61,977 nucleotides of DNA. Source: Trypethelium eluteriae. Taxonomy: Eukaryota. This document shows, one piece after another, positions 26,433 to 39,500 of the stretch (the first letter of the stretch is position 1; each line of letters starts with the position of its first letter). The stretch covers positions 1 through 61,977 of the forward strand of contig JAVECL010000074.1 of NCBI GenBank assembly GCA_051942245.1. The letters run 5' to 3'. Under the pieces are notes generated by a model. It searched no databases. It was not told the DNA's origin and saw only the letters and a program-made list of their open reading frames with translations. A program made the translations under genes and the position numbers.

Positions 26433-26870
26433 ACCAATTGGTAACTAGAAGAACGCGTGGTTCTTAGAGTATCTGGTGGTTTTATAGCAATTTGCATCCA
26501 CTTTCGCTTCATCTACGGATCACCTATCCTCATCTCCGAGATAGGCGATCCTCCAGATCCTTCGCTGATTCTTTCCTTAACTTCTCCCTCGCGTCGTGGG
26601 GTTTATATAACCACCAGGCTATCCAGCGTTCGGAAACGTAGCTGCATAGAATAATACATACGTAAAGCTGTATATGAATTGGATAGCATAATTATTCGCA
26701 TATTATCCGTATATGGCTAATTAGCCCGTGCAGCATCTTATTTCTGTATCAGCAAGACACGCAAAATACGTACAGATTAAGTATGTGCTGGTAGAATGGG
26801 GTAGCAGGCGGTGAAGTTGTCCTGCTCATGCCGTTACTTTTGAGCTGTACACCCATGACGTCTTCCGGCC

Positions 26871-27776
26871 TTAGCCAGAACTACTCAAGCTTACGCAGCC
26901 AGTTGAACTGTCCTCCTCGAAGACGCCACCAAAGATCATCCCCTCATTAATCCCGCTTTCCTGAAAGCCTTGCGTGATGATGTCCGTGAGGCCTAGTCCT
27001 GTCGGCTTCTTCAACAGTCCGACATGGAACGACCCGTGGCCTGACAGATCATTGCTCACAGCGGGTCCTTGACTCGTCAGAGGTGCACTGTTTTTCGAGT
27101 AGAAGACCTGCACGGTGTTTCGTGTGAAGTCCAGCGTCAATCCCACATTGTGCCATGTCTCAGTTGTGAATGGTGTCTGCCAGAGCGTCTTCTGCGAATC
27201 GGCATTCACGTTATTACTGCGGACATACAGTGTCTGCGCTACCTGTGTCGTGGTTACGTTGTCGCCATTTCCGAACAAAGTGCCAGTGCCAACTACGAAC
27301 TGATCTCTACTGAAGTCGGCGCTTTCGAGCCAGCTCAGATAATACTCGTGCGAGTAGTTTAGCGAACGGATTTCGTCTCGCATGATGCTCAAGTGGAACG
27401 TCTGTACGCCACTAGTGGTAGTGTTCACCAACGGATCGGTGCTTGCATCTCCAGGCGCGCGTTGGGGAAGTAGCTCAGTCCGGCGAAATCCAGTCTGGGT
27501 TCCTTGAAATATGCTTTCATCCGAGATTGTCACTTCGAAAGCCTTGTCATCAGAGCCATCGAAGAGCGATCTTGGAACGGAAGGAAATTGAAGATCCTGC
27601 GCCCAAGTTTGGTCCTCTCCAAGGTCATATTTGCTATTAAATGGCAAGAGGCCTGCATCTACGGAGGCACCGGTGGAATTGATTGGAAAGCGATTGTCCA
27701 TAGTGAGAGGACAGGTCGCCTCAGCAAAGGAAATTGGAAGGAAAGCGAGAAGTTTAATGAACGAGCGAGACGCCAT
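26871..27776 (-). CDS. Secreted glycoside hydrolase family 131
   Basis: Signal-peptide-like MASRSFIKLLAFLPISFA; EVTISDESIF, GFRRTELLP, LNYSHEY, WHNVGL, FHVGLLKKPTG, GFQESGINEGMIFGGVFEE. Confidence 0.88.
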   Translation of the reverse strand: MASRSFIKLLAFLPISFAEATCPLTMDNRFPINSTGASVDAGLLPFNSKYDLGEDQTWAQDLQFPSVPRSLFDGSDDKAFEVTISDESIFQGTQTGFRRTELLPQRAPGDASTDPLVNTTTSGVQTFHLSIMRDEIRSLNYSHEYYLSWLESADFSRDQFVVGTGTLFGNGDNVTTTQVAQTLYVRSNNVNADSQKTLWQTPFTTETWHNVGLTLDFTRNTVQVFYSKNSAPLTSQGPAVSNDLSGHGSFHVGLLKKPTGLGLTDIITQGFQESGINEGMIFGGVFEEDSSTGCVSLSSSG

Positions 27777-28950
27777 CGCGGAGGTACGTAAGGTGTTCCA
27801 ACGAAAATTTAAGAGGCTCTCAGAGAGACAGAAGAGCAATGAAAGAAGGGGTCGCACCGAACAGTTCAAATCATGAGTGACCTAGCAGCCTGACGGAATG
27901 ACAGCAATCTGCGGGTCCGAGAGAATTCAGAGATAGGCGCAGAGAAGAGCTTTATTACTTGCAACTCCTCGTAACTTCCCGGCGGAGAAATCAGATTCTG
28001 GCTAAAGGGGTCTTTCCAGCGTTTCGTCCGGCAAAGTCCGTCAGGTGAGGACAATTCTGCGATCTGATCTAGAAGACTCATCGCTTTGGCTAAAACAAGC
28101 GTCTCCGTCAATCTAATATTAATTAACATACTCCTAAGCACAAGGCCATCCCTGGTCAGAAGCCACGAAGGCCAAAGAGGTAAGAAACTAGAGACGGAAA
28201 AGGCGGGGGGAGTGGAATTAGTACTGGTCGCTAAAAATCCCGACCAGGGGTTGTACAGGTGCTTGGACCATTGTCACTCCAATTTCTCGTCCTTAACAAG
28301 AGCACTGTCTACAGTTACAAGCCGGACCATCGTAGCAGGAAGAACACCTTCCACACCTTGTGCACCATACAGCATTTGTTGTTTCATGAACATACCTGAA
28401 GCCTGACTGAGAAAGGCGTGGTACTTCTTTGATGCGGGAAGCATTTCGTGCAAAGCGCGCCCATCCCGAATCGCAATTCAATATCTTTGCCAGAAGTAGC
28501 AATGAAGGATAGCGGTTATTGCCGTCGGTAAAGCATAGACACGCGGAGATTTCCAGTGGTGGAGATTTGAAACTATCTCAGAAAGGATGGTTGTGAGTCT
28601 ACACACCCTTTGGAAATGTACACCTAATCTCGAATCCTTTCATCAATCACTCAAAATGATTTTCGTGTTATTTTGCTAACCTACTCAGTAATCGATCATT
28701 TGAGTCGGATGTCCCATATAAATCTATCATGCAAGATACCAAAGGCGTTTCGCTTTCCTTGATTTGTATAAGCACGGAAGCTTGAATCATTCTGACTGCG
28801 AAAGCAGTGTCTTCGAATCTCTACCGAGAAGGTTCCCTCTTGGGGTATTTGTATGCAAGAGGTATTCGAAAAAGGCAATTTACGTTTATCTCGAGGCTTG
28901 GCTTGAATTTGAAGTCAGAAGAAGGTCGCCTACATCGCAGAGCTCATTAC

Positions 28951-30606
28951 CTATGTTATCAAGCTTCCAACCAAGCTCTGAACCGCGAGGTCGTCTAGTG
29001 GAAGTTGTTCTACAATCTGTTGAAGCAGTTTCTTCGTCAAGCCCCTTAAGAACCAGCACCCGCAATGCTCGGCTCGCTTGACCAGTGACACCACCCAATG
29101 GGCCAGCACCACCAGAGCAGCTGGGCTGTGGCACGAAACCATGTGGCTAAAGTGATCCGGCACCTTAGTCAACCACATGGCCATACCGCGCCACGACGCT
29201 TCCACCTCGTCGGATGAAAAGCTGATGTCACAGCATTCGATCAAAGCAGCAATGGCCGAGAGCGCAGCCAAGGCGTCTCGGACATCTTCCGGTTTTCTAA
29301 ATGTTTCTGCCATACGAGAAGGCAGCGCTAGAAGACGGTCGAGCAGCGCTGAGAGCGTACTATCAGATGAGAAAAATGCGCCGAAGCTTCCAGCATCTGA
29401 TGAGCTCCTCATATTCAGTAGATTACTCGCCTGAGCAACCATTTTCTCTTGATCATCATCGTTACAATTCCGGACGCCGCCGGTATGGCAAAGTGCAGAG
29501 TCGGGGACGACCAAGCCGCGAAGGGTTATCATGATGGACTGCAGTTGAGGAGGGACCGCCAGCTCCGAGACTGCCCCTTCATCAAGCGTGGATGTAGCAT
29601 TTGCCCAGTGCACGCAACGAAGTATGCAGTTTATTTGCCCGCCCGCCTCTTTCACTGCCTCTTCGACGCCGGGGTTCACCATACCCGTGTCATGCTTTGC
29701 TTTCTCTTCCCATCCAGCAGAAAATACTGACTTGTAGCGCGTTGATTGCTCACGGTGATTTTGTTCGACTGTTGTATTGTCTGTAAGCGCGGCTAAATGA
29801 CACGCTGAGACGGCCAATAGACCACACATCAGCCATCGCGGCCGCAGGGCCTGGGAAACAACGTCTACCTGCCAGTAGTGCGTTGCGATTTGTAGGTTTT
29901 CAACAGAAGGAAGAGTGAGACTTGTCGCAGTGGTAAAATGGTGGAAATATGCCAGCATTTCCAGGTCAAGATCGACTGGAGAGGACCCGGGAAAGCTCTT
30001 AAGCGACGTTGACACGCGTCGCGGTCGTGATGGTTTTATTGAAATCGCTTTTTCCATATGATGCACTTGCTCATCATGGCGTTCCTCATCATATCTTTCA
30101 TTATCAGCATCATTGTCATCGTTAGAGGCGGTGGTCGCCAGTAGCGCCTTCCCAGCCGTAGCTGGTGCCGTAGAAGAAGTGACCTCGAAATACTTGAGTT
30201 TGGTGCCGCGGAAGAATGTTTGAAGCTTCACCGGATGGGCGAAGGAGGAGGAATTCGGAGGCTCGCTGATGCCATGGATTTCGCTCTGGTGGCGTCTCAT
30301 GCGCTTGAAACTAGCACAGAGATTTCCACATCCAACCACTGTACAACGGTAGCCGGAGATGACGGGTAGACCATCAATAGGTGGGGAAGCCGGTCTAGGT
30401 AGCGGTACGTCATCTGGCTCGAAGAGGTGAAATTGACCGATAGTGGAAAGTAATCGTTGTCTTTCGTCGCGGTAGATCTTGTGTCGGAGCAAGTGGCTCC
30501 CCACCGCGCTTCTCTGAATGGCGTACTGGCAGTCTCGACAAATCAGAACGCCGTATTTCGCGTCGTACTTGAGTAGATCACGTGAACCGACTTTCATGGC
30601 AGGCAT
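28951..30606 (-). CDS. OrsD/DUF3505-like zinc-finger protein with a C-terminal fungal transcription-factor-like domain
   Basis: YGVLICRDCQYAI...SHLLRH, PIDGLPVISGYRC...C...MRRHQSEIH, VKLQTFF (DUF3505 pattern). C-terminal YFHHFTTATSLTL...LMCGLLAVSACHL. Next to orsE- and orsA-like genes. Confidence 0.8.
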   Translation of the reverse strand: MPAMKVGSRDLLKYDAKYGVLICRDCQYAIQRSAVGSHLLRHKIYRDERQRLLSTIGQFHLFEPDDVPLPRPASPPIDGLPVISGYRCTVVGCGNLCASFKRMRRHQSEIHGISEPPNSSSFAHPVKLQTFFRGTKLKYFEVTSSTAPATAGKALLATTASNDDNDADNERYDEERHDEQVHHMEKAISIKPSRPRRVSTSLKSFPGSSPVDLDLEMLAYFHHFTTATSLTLPSVENLQIATHYWQVDVVSQALRPRWLMCGLLAVSACHLAALTDNTTVEQNHREQSTRYKSVFSAGWEEKAKHDTGMVNPGVEEAVKEAGGQINCILRCVHWANATSTLDEGAVSELAVPPQLQSIMITLRGLVVPDSALCHTGGVRNCNDDDQEKMVAQASNLLNMRSSSDAGSFGAFFSSDSTLSALLDRLLALPSRMAETFRKPEDVRDALAALSAIAALIECCDISFSSDEVEASWRGMAMWLTKVPDHFSHMVSCHSPAALVVLAHWVVSLVKRAEHCGCWFLRGLTKKLLQQIVEQLPLDDLAVQSLVGSLIT

Positions 30607-31463
30607 GATATCTGGTAGTGACGCCCATAATGGTGGCCAGCAGGCACTGGCATACACAGTTGACTGAATAACATGTACGGTACTCTGTACATGCCAGTGA
30701 AATCGATTAAGCAGCTTCACCAAGGGATGCAAGAAGAAATGTCAGCGAACTATGCTCAGACTCAACATGACTGCCTCAAGTTTGAATTTGTCTTCGGACC
30801 TCCAAGTCAGTATCTCCAAATTAGATTGTTAGAGACATCGTGTTCTGATCTCGTTACCGGATTTTACTGAAGATTCTCCGAGACCTGTGGACGTAAAAGC
30901 AGTCGGCTACGTCTATTGACGCTAAAATGCTCGCGTGCTTCACCTTCAGCCCTACGGCGGATTCAAGGGGAACGCCATATGAGGTTCCGAATTGCTTATT
31001 TGCGCTCCGGTACATCAGCTTTGGAAATAATAAAAAAACTTACCTGCCGCCGACCAATTATCTATCTGGCCAGCTCATGCGTCCATCGTTTTCGGTCACA
31101 ACTTTTGCCTGCTTAAAAATTTGATCTGAAGTCATTGCGCTGGTTTGAAATCATGATTCTAACTTCAGCCTCATATTGCTGCTGCTGCTACTGCCGCTTC
31201 TTCTTTAAACAGTTCAGCCACACATAGATTTAGATACCTATATAAGCAAGGCAGGTTTTGAGCGGATAACATGATGCCTCTCATCATTCACATTAGCCAG
31301 CCAGCAGTATCCGAATACTTTGCTTAAAGTGCTTTCTTCTGTCCATCACTCCATCAATCCACAAAACAATACATCCATTAGGCTTACCTTTCCATCCCGT
31401 CCATTCACCCTACTTTGTCCCTCGGGGCGGATAAGAAGCAAGCAAAGAAGAAGAAAGGAAAGA

Positions 31464-32588
31464 ATGGCGACATCGACGAATCAAGCCGCATGGCTGCACA
31501 AAATCAACACTCCGCTACAGGTGGGAGTTGCCCCTTTGCCCACGGCCGGTTCCGGGGAGCTCGTCGTGAAGAATGCTGCCATTGCCATCAACCCGCTCGA
31601 CTGCCACATGCAAGACTCCGGCGTTTTCGTCCAGCAGTGGCCTGCCATCTTCGGCTGTGATGTCGCCGGCGAGGTGTATGAAGTAGGAGCGGACGTGCAG
31701 CGCTTCAAGAAAGGAGATCGCATCATTGGGTAGGTTGGCTGACGTGTCTTGATTTGGGAAAGAACCCCAGGCTGATGTTCGTTTCCCCCATGTCGCAGCC
31801 ATGCCGTCAATCTGGTCAGCGGAAGACCCCAGGATGGTGCTTTTGCTCTGTACACGGTTGTTCTCGCCGGAAAAGCGGCCATCCTTCCTAGTGCTATCTC
31901 GTTCACGGACGGTGCCGTGGTGCCGTTTGCCTTGGAGGCGGCGGTTTGCGTGCTTTCCCTCAAGGCACCCGGCGTCGCCATGGCTGGCGTCCCTACCCCA
32001 GCCCTCGGCTTGCCATATCCTTCGCTCCTTCGTCCAACGCCGTCCTTAGGGAAGACGCTCGTCGTGTACGGAGGCTCGTCTTCTGTTGGCTCCATGACGA
32101 CTCAGCTGGCCGCGGCTACCGGAATCCACGTCATCTCCATCGCCGGTGCGCACAATTTTGACTTCAGCAAGCACTGTGGAGCTACCCAAGTCTTCGACCA
32201 CAAGGACCCTTCGGTCGTCGAGAAAGTCATTGAAGCGATACGCGAATCTGGACGACACGAATTCGTTGGCATCTTCGACGCCATCGCCACTCCTGAAACG
32301 TATGAGCACGACCTTACCATCCTTGCCAAGCTGGGTGGAGGTCATCTTGCCTCCGTGCATCCTCCTCCGGCTAATGTTCCCGACAACGTGAAGGCGGGGA
32401 TGATCTTCGCTGTCAACGACATTGCGACGCCCGTCTGGAGGGACTATGTTACGCCTGCATTGGAGACCGGAAAGCTACAATGCCTGCCACCACCTACTAT
32501 CGTGGGCAAAGGTTTAGAGCACATCCAAGACGCAATGAAGAAGTCCAAGGCTGGCGTGAGTGCGACGAAGCTAGTGGTGGAATTGTAG
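31464..32588 (+). CDS. MDR-family (GroES-like) dehydrogenase/enoyl reductase, OrsE-like
   Basis: NQAAWL...ELVVKNAAIAINPLD...IFGCDVAGEV, intron 31730-31798 (GTAGGT..GCTGAT..CAG), VVYGGSSSVGS, GVSATKLVVEL. OrsE resemblance rests on recall and context. Confidence 0.88.
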
Positions 32589-33175
32589 AGGATCCGTTGA
32601 GTCCTCCTCTTAGCAGCATCGTTACGACAGCCAACTTGCTTACACTCATTGAAAATGCCATGGTGTCTCTTCTCGAAAGATTAGCGACTCACGTGGAAGA
32701 GCTTCTGCAAAGAGGACTGAGGATTGTTCAGGAAATGATGTAAGCCGCGTGGAGGAGGACGTACGAATGCGAAGCAGGAGCAAAGAACCTTGTGTTGATC
32801 CTACCGTATTTGCACTAGTCGCACGCCCGCCGCACGAAAGTTCCGTACCCCAAGTTTTGACGACACCGCTCAACATATCTTAGCGCTTGCTTGCTACTCG
32901 GTCTCAGGCCATCATCCTGTCAGTTCGCTCCTGCTCAGACTGTTCATGGTGATCACATCATGCCTCCTAAACATTTCTAGAGAAGCTTCTGATCTACAAA
33001 TGATATTGCATCTAGTAACTAGCGAGGCTTCAATTCAATCCTCAGTCTCACTCTCCATTTCTCTACTTTAATCGTCTCTTGGACGTATTGCAAGCTAGAC
33101 TGTATCGCGCAACATATGACACTATTCCACCCTCCACGTGTTCATCTCAAGAGCAAATATAACTGACTTGCTGCG

Positions 33176-36088
33176 ATGGCCTCGTGTACAGAGGCGCTCT
33201 TTCCTTATTTCATCTTCATCGGTAATTTTATATTATCCTGCTCTGTGTCTCTCATGTTTGTGCCTTTTCTGATGGTCTTAAACTTCATTCTATCCTGCGG
33301 GGTCATCTTATGTGGTTTAATTCCATTTGGTCTAGGGACTATACCAATGAATGTCACACGACGATTGCAGATCGTGGCGATGTGTCCGTCAAGTTTCTTG
33401 TTTCTTTGGATCCACCTTACGATCTTTTTGCCACTGTCGCTTATGGCACTCATCGTGGACCCATTGTTCCTGAGATTTCTGTTCGAATTAGCAGACTTTT
33501 TGAAGAAAATTTTCCTGGCATGTCTGTCCGCATTGATACGGATGACTGTGTTGACTATGAGTGAGATACTTGGCGTTAGACCATCCGAAGACTTGGACTC
33601 GGGATCAAAGGCTACAGCGATGATTTGGTGGTCTCTGAGACACAGTCTCGCACGGAAGTTTTTCAAATTCAAAAAAGATTTTCATCGAATCACTGGGATT
33701 GAGGTCATTACTCGAAATCTTCCGGAAGGTCTACCCAGCGTTATCAGATAGACTTTGGTCTATGACAAACTCTCTAGCCATGGAGTGGCTAGTGATTTAC
33801 CTCTTTTGGATCCGTCGCATCATCGCGCGAATGTGTCGTTGGGCAGAGGGACTGGTTACGGTATTAGTTATGGCAGCACTCGTACACTGGCAAGGAACTC
33901 TTGCCATTAGCTACCTTGTCCTATCCGATATCATCTACTTCCTTATACCATTATACCTTTTAGGCTGCATACCGTTGTGGCTGATGGGAATTCTACTGAC
34001 GGCCGGACAAGAACTGAGCATTACGAAAAAGCCCGCTGCGCAACAACGGAACGCTAAAATCTATGATAAGCTTCCAGTGATGCCTGGATTAGCACCAAAA
34101 GAGCCTCGCTCAAGCTCCTGGATTCGGTTAATTGAAATCCATCCAGAACGGGGGGGGATCGTATCACTTGCACGATGCGGCTCGCAGACCTCTCGGATCC
34201 TGACATGTGTCGATACAACGCCCTCTCATATGTTTGGGGGCCTCCGGACATGAGCGAGACGATCACTATCAATCAACAGCTCTTTCGTGTGTCAGTCACG
34301 CTCTCTCAGGCCCTTCATCAGATACGTCACTCAGAGAACGCGCGCGTTGTCTGGATAGATGCCTTGTGCATCAACCAGGACGACTTCAATGAGCGGAGCT
34401 CTCAAGTATTGCTTATGCAGCATATCTACTCTAGGGCTACATCAGTGATAGTGTGGCTTGGAGAAAAAGCTCCATGGGGTCTTAGTCGAGCCTTACGAGA
34501 CACGAAACAAGACGGTGACGCTAAAAAAGATACTGTGTTTAGCAAGGGTGCAGTACGCTATGGAGTTAGTGGTGTGATATCGAAGCTACTTCAGAGACCG
34601 TGGTGGAAGCGCGTTTGGATCGTACAAGAACTTGTGCTGGCACAGAAAGTCAAGTTCTACTGTGGAACGCATCGAATTGAGTGGGATCACTTCTGCTTCC
34701 TTGTTGGACAAAGCGCTTCTCGGCCGTATTTTCAAAGGGAAAATACATTCATTGAGGAGTTCTACGCCATGAAAGCGGACCGCGAAGAGAGACTGAGATG
34801 TGTCACTAACCCAATCCACAACACAGACAGGTCATGGGCTGTAGCACGGGATAGATGCGCTCGCTCATATGAATCGTTAGCATTAATCTATAATTTTCGA
34901 AATCGGAAGGCAAGCGAGCCAAGAGACAGAGTTTTTGCTTTCCAGGGCCTTGCGGCAGGCCAAAACGCCACGTCCATAAATGGCATATCGCCACAGCATT
35001 CAAATTTCCTGGTCTTCCCTAACTATTCCCGACACGAAGCCTTCTTGTCTATCGATTTCGCCCGAGCACACATTTGCGAATGGAAAACATTGTCAATCGT
35101 AGCACTCGCAGAGTGTGCCAGAAAACGAGACCCTCAGCAGCCAGATACCAACAACGACCATCGTAAACAATACATACCAAGCTGGTGTCTAGCGTTCATG
35201 AACGAGCAAGCAATACAAGAAGGTATGCATTGGAGACCATATTGGACGGGTCTTCCACTGTCCCGTGGCCTCCATTTTGCCGCAGCCAATAAGTTGCCCG
35301 TACAGACCTCGCTACTTGGGTTGGAAAATATACATCCAAGTCCTGAACACGACGAGGAGGTGGCCGCTACCTGTGGATATCCTTCTAAGCTGCCAGCCCA
35401 CACGCTGCCAAATTTTCAAGCACGAATCATAGCTGTTGGTCATGCAGCAGGCGTCTCAACGCGAGGCTTAGCTGAGGTAACTGGAAAAGTCCTCACAGGA
35501 CGAGAATCTACAATCTCTCCCTCTTTCCAATCACGCCTATCCTGGGACGCTGTGTTGCCAAGTTGGCAGAAACCAGCTGCGAAATATCCTCGATGTCAAG
35601 TAGTATCAAAGCCAAACACCCAGATCTGCAAGGAAACTTCACCTGACAACGTATCCACAGACGAGCTGTTCCAACTCACGCTCACAGCTGGGAGATTCAA
35701 GACTCTACCACATCCGGTCTGGCGGCCGGCTCGTGCATCAGTATTATCAAGGCCTAACGATGAGATGAAAGCTTACTTAAAATCGCGCGAAGACGCGTGT
35801 GCCGGCCGCCGTTTCTTTGTGACAAGTGACGGTCATTTTGGCTTAGGTCCAGCTGATCTGCAGGTCAACGATGAGATCCATATCATGCTTGGTTTACAGG
35901 TACCGGCTGTATTGCGGAAGGCGTCAGAAGTTTCGGAGAAGAACTCATGGGGTGTCCAAAACATCGACGACGACCATTTTCTATACGTAGGACAAGCCTA
36001 TGTTCACCAATTGATGATCTACCGGTGGAATTTAGGAGATGATATACAGTCTGGAATGGTTGAGTTAAAGAAGATATTCTTAGTCTAG
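33176..36088 (+). CDS. HET-domain protein with a hydrophobic N-terminal region; frame disrupted
   Basis: IRLIEIHP...YNALSYVWG...WIDALCINQDD..ERSSQV..MQHIYSRA...RPWWKRVWIVQEL...RRFFVTSDGHFGLGP. Three consecutive ORFs in different frames, one break at a G8 run (34150-34157). Confidence 0.85.
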
Positions 36089-36505
36089 GGCGACAGTTTG
36101 CTCTTCGAACTCTTACTGGTAAGCGATCTTGGCTTTGGTGTTGGTGACTGAGTCCGGTAGATTCTGAGAGTTTGACATATCACTAAACTCAGATATAATC
36201 ATTGGAATTTGATTCGGCGTTGCTGTATCAAATCTCAACAATAAAAACGATTTTGTTCATTACCTAGATTATTTACATTGTTGTGAGTTCTCTAAAGGCT
36301 GTTTCTCCTTCGGTAGTACAATTTGGTATCCCTTAATTCTGGTAAATAGATTGTCACCTGGATTTTGGCTTTAAATCTACTTAATAATTATCTCTGTCTT
36401 AGTTATAATTTTAGTATGATACCGAGTCAGAACCGGAAGAAGATCTCTCCTACAACCTATCTCATCTCTATACGACTCGAGAAGCCCTTAAAAAAATCTC
36501 GAACC

Positions 36506-39500
36506 TCAACTACCGGTAGCTCGCGTCACCGCTTCGACAACGATCGATCCAACAGCCTCGGAGAACGGCGGCGCCATCATGGAGAAGTGATCTACGAGAA
36601 CCAAATATCAGCGATCAATCTCTCTCTCAAATCGAGGACGTGACGAAACAACAAACCTCCATCCACACTGTGCACAGAAATATTATCCCCGAGCAGCGTC
36701 TCCCACCCATTCGTCCCAAACTGTTCGCGCCGCCCATAAAATCACGAATTGAAGTAACGCTCAAACTCCGGCAACTCCATCTCATCCAGCGGCTTATCGA
36801 TATCGCGGTCCGACCGACCCATAGCAGCCGGGGGCGCGTCCCCACGGTTGTCGAGGCCAAGCCGCGCCCAGACGACGACGCTGTGGCGAGGCTGACGGTC
36901 GGCAGGGAGGGCAGGTGCATCGTATCGGGACAGGGCGCGGCAGGTTGCCATAAGGTGCGCCTTTTCCTTGACGGAGAGATCCTCAGGGAGGTCGCGGGCG
37001 CGGTTGATGCCCTCGAAGGTGCCGAGCTTGTCGACGAAGTCCGGCGTGACGATGGCGGTGGGGATGAGCGAGGGGGCGCGCATGTCGAGGATGACGAGCG
37101 CGTTGATGCTCTCGCCTTCTCGCGTGAGGCGGTGGGCGACTTCGTAGGCATAGATGGAGCCTGCCGACCAGCCGCCGGTTAGGTATGGCCCGTGGGGTTG
37201 GATCCGGCGGATGGTCCGGATGAAGACCGAGGCCATTTCTTCGATGGATAGGTCAAATGTCTCGGGGTTCTCGAGGAACGGAGATTCGAGCGCGTAGATG
37301 CGACGGCCCTCGGGTAGGGCGCGGAGGTGGATGAAAGATTCGACTGTCCCCGATCCATCGGTGGTCATGAACAATGGAGGGGCGCGGGATCGAGACTGCC
37401 CTTGGATCAAGACCGCCCGCGACACAGCGCTGTCAATCTTGTGCTGTCGAGTCGATCCACCCGTCGCCTTCGCTGCCGAATCGACAGGAAGATGCGGTAT
37501 TTTCTTGGGAGACGGATCGCTCTGTAATTCTTGCGTCCCCTTTTCCAATGGCTCGTCCAATGCATCTCGTACGGCAGCTACCGTCCGCTGCTCGGTGAAG
37601 AAGGCAGCCGGCAGCTCGATTTGGGTCTCCTGCTGAAACGCAGATATGATCTTGATGCTGAGCATTAAATCCATACCGATGGATTCGAACGTAGTCGACG
37701 GCGTAAGATCGCTGCTTTCAAAGCCTAACGCATCGGCGACAAGTTGAAAAAGCTGCCTGCTCGACCCCTGCGATGCTGGGCTCTGCTTCCTACTCCTACG
37801 CTTAGCCGAAGCCCGAGAAGTCGCTCTGGCTGTTCGTTCATATTCCGTAACATCTGCCGATTGATGATTGCCCAGCTCTTTTTCCACAGCGGCCGGTGTC
37901 GGGAAGTTAGTGAAGAAGGCTGCCGGCAGTTCAACAGCCGTGGCCTTCTGGAAATCCGCTAGAATGGCAATGCTCATCTGGGAATCGACACCCATATCCG
38001 TGAAAGTTGTACCCGTGGACTTCTTTAATTCAGCCACGCTGATGCCACTCCGCGCTGCAACCGCTTCAAACAGTTCCGACGAGAGGTCCACTGTGTCTGA
38101 CAATCTGCTCAGCGACGCCGACGAGGATACAGATGTGGGCGTTGCTGAAGAGCTGCTTGAGCCAGCCACTTTTCCGTGTTGCCAGTCCCGCTTCGCACTG
38201 GCCTTAGGGAGCGGCTTTGGTGGGAGCGCGCGAGCTGAGCCAGTCAGCAACGCGAAGAAGTCCCTCTCCAGCTTCTTGAAGCATATGTCTGTGCAGAGCG
38301 CGACGAGCTTGTCCTGGTCATTAGTGACGTATACGTCGCACAGGCTTGTCCCGGTTTTGATGTCTTGCTCTCGAATGGTAGCGTATGCATAGTATGGCCC
38401 ACGCGATGATAGATCGCCCAGAATACGCAGTGATCCGATGTGATTGGCGATGTGGACTTCATTCTTTGGCTTCCGCACGTCCGCGTTGAGTAGGAAACCG
38501 GCGACATGGACGATGGTGTCGATCACGAAGGGGCTACAAGTGAACGTGCCGAGTTCGAAGGAGGGAGTCAGTTGGAGGACGATGGCGGGGTCCCGGAAGC
38601 TCGGCGCTATAATGGCCTCCTCCATGGCGTGGTACGGAGCAGAGTAGTCAACAATCTCGGAAAATATCTTGTAGAATAGCCGTTGGTCCATGGCATGGAT
38701 CTCTCTGGGGCGTAAGGAGGCATCGAGGCTACGCACTCGTGCCTTCACCAGCGGTTGCATTCGAGACCATGCTTGAAAGCATGGTGCGTCAGGCTGGCTC
38801 AGCCGGAGCAAGCAGGACCCATGTGCAACTGGGGAGGTAACTCCCTCTCTTTGCGACGAGAAGCGAACTGAGACGATGTTGGTTGATTGGTCGAGGACTC
38901 CTTCTACCCAGATACGTGGCGGTTCATCATCGTCTTCGCGGAGCACCAGCGGGTTTAGCATGCTCAGATCGACCAGCTCATATGTGGCCAAAGACGAGCT
39001 CGGTACATTGCAGCTCTCTTTTTCAAGGTACGCTGCCGCAGTGTACGCTATGTCGATGAAGATGCTTGCTGGGCAAATGGCCACGCCATCGACGACATGG
39101 CCACCGATGGCTTTCGCGAGGTGATGGTCAGACGTGTCGGCTGTAAATGTCGCGAGAAGTTTGTCTTTTTCCCTCTGTAGGTACTCGATCGAATGCAGGC
39201 ATGTTGAAGAGAGCCGTGAGACTGCTGAAGATGAGGCACGAGGACTTGCCTCGGCCGTGCTGTTGGGCGCTGCTGTGGTCTTGTACGAGAGCCAAAAGTT
39301 TTTGGTGTCAAATGCATATGTTGGCAGACCACTCAACAGGCGGAGCTGATCGAGATGGTCCTTGTGAAATGCTGCCCATGCTATAGGAAGCTGTGCGCGA
39401 TGCGCGGCGGCAAGGCACTGAGAGATGGACTCCCAGTCTTCATGCCCACGGCGTAGGCTGGGGTAGCGACTTGGGCTTACTCCCTGGAGAGAAGAGGCTA

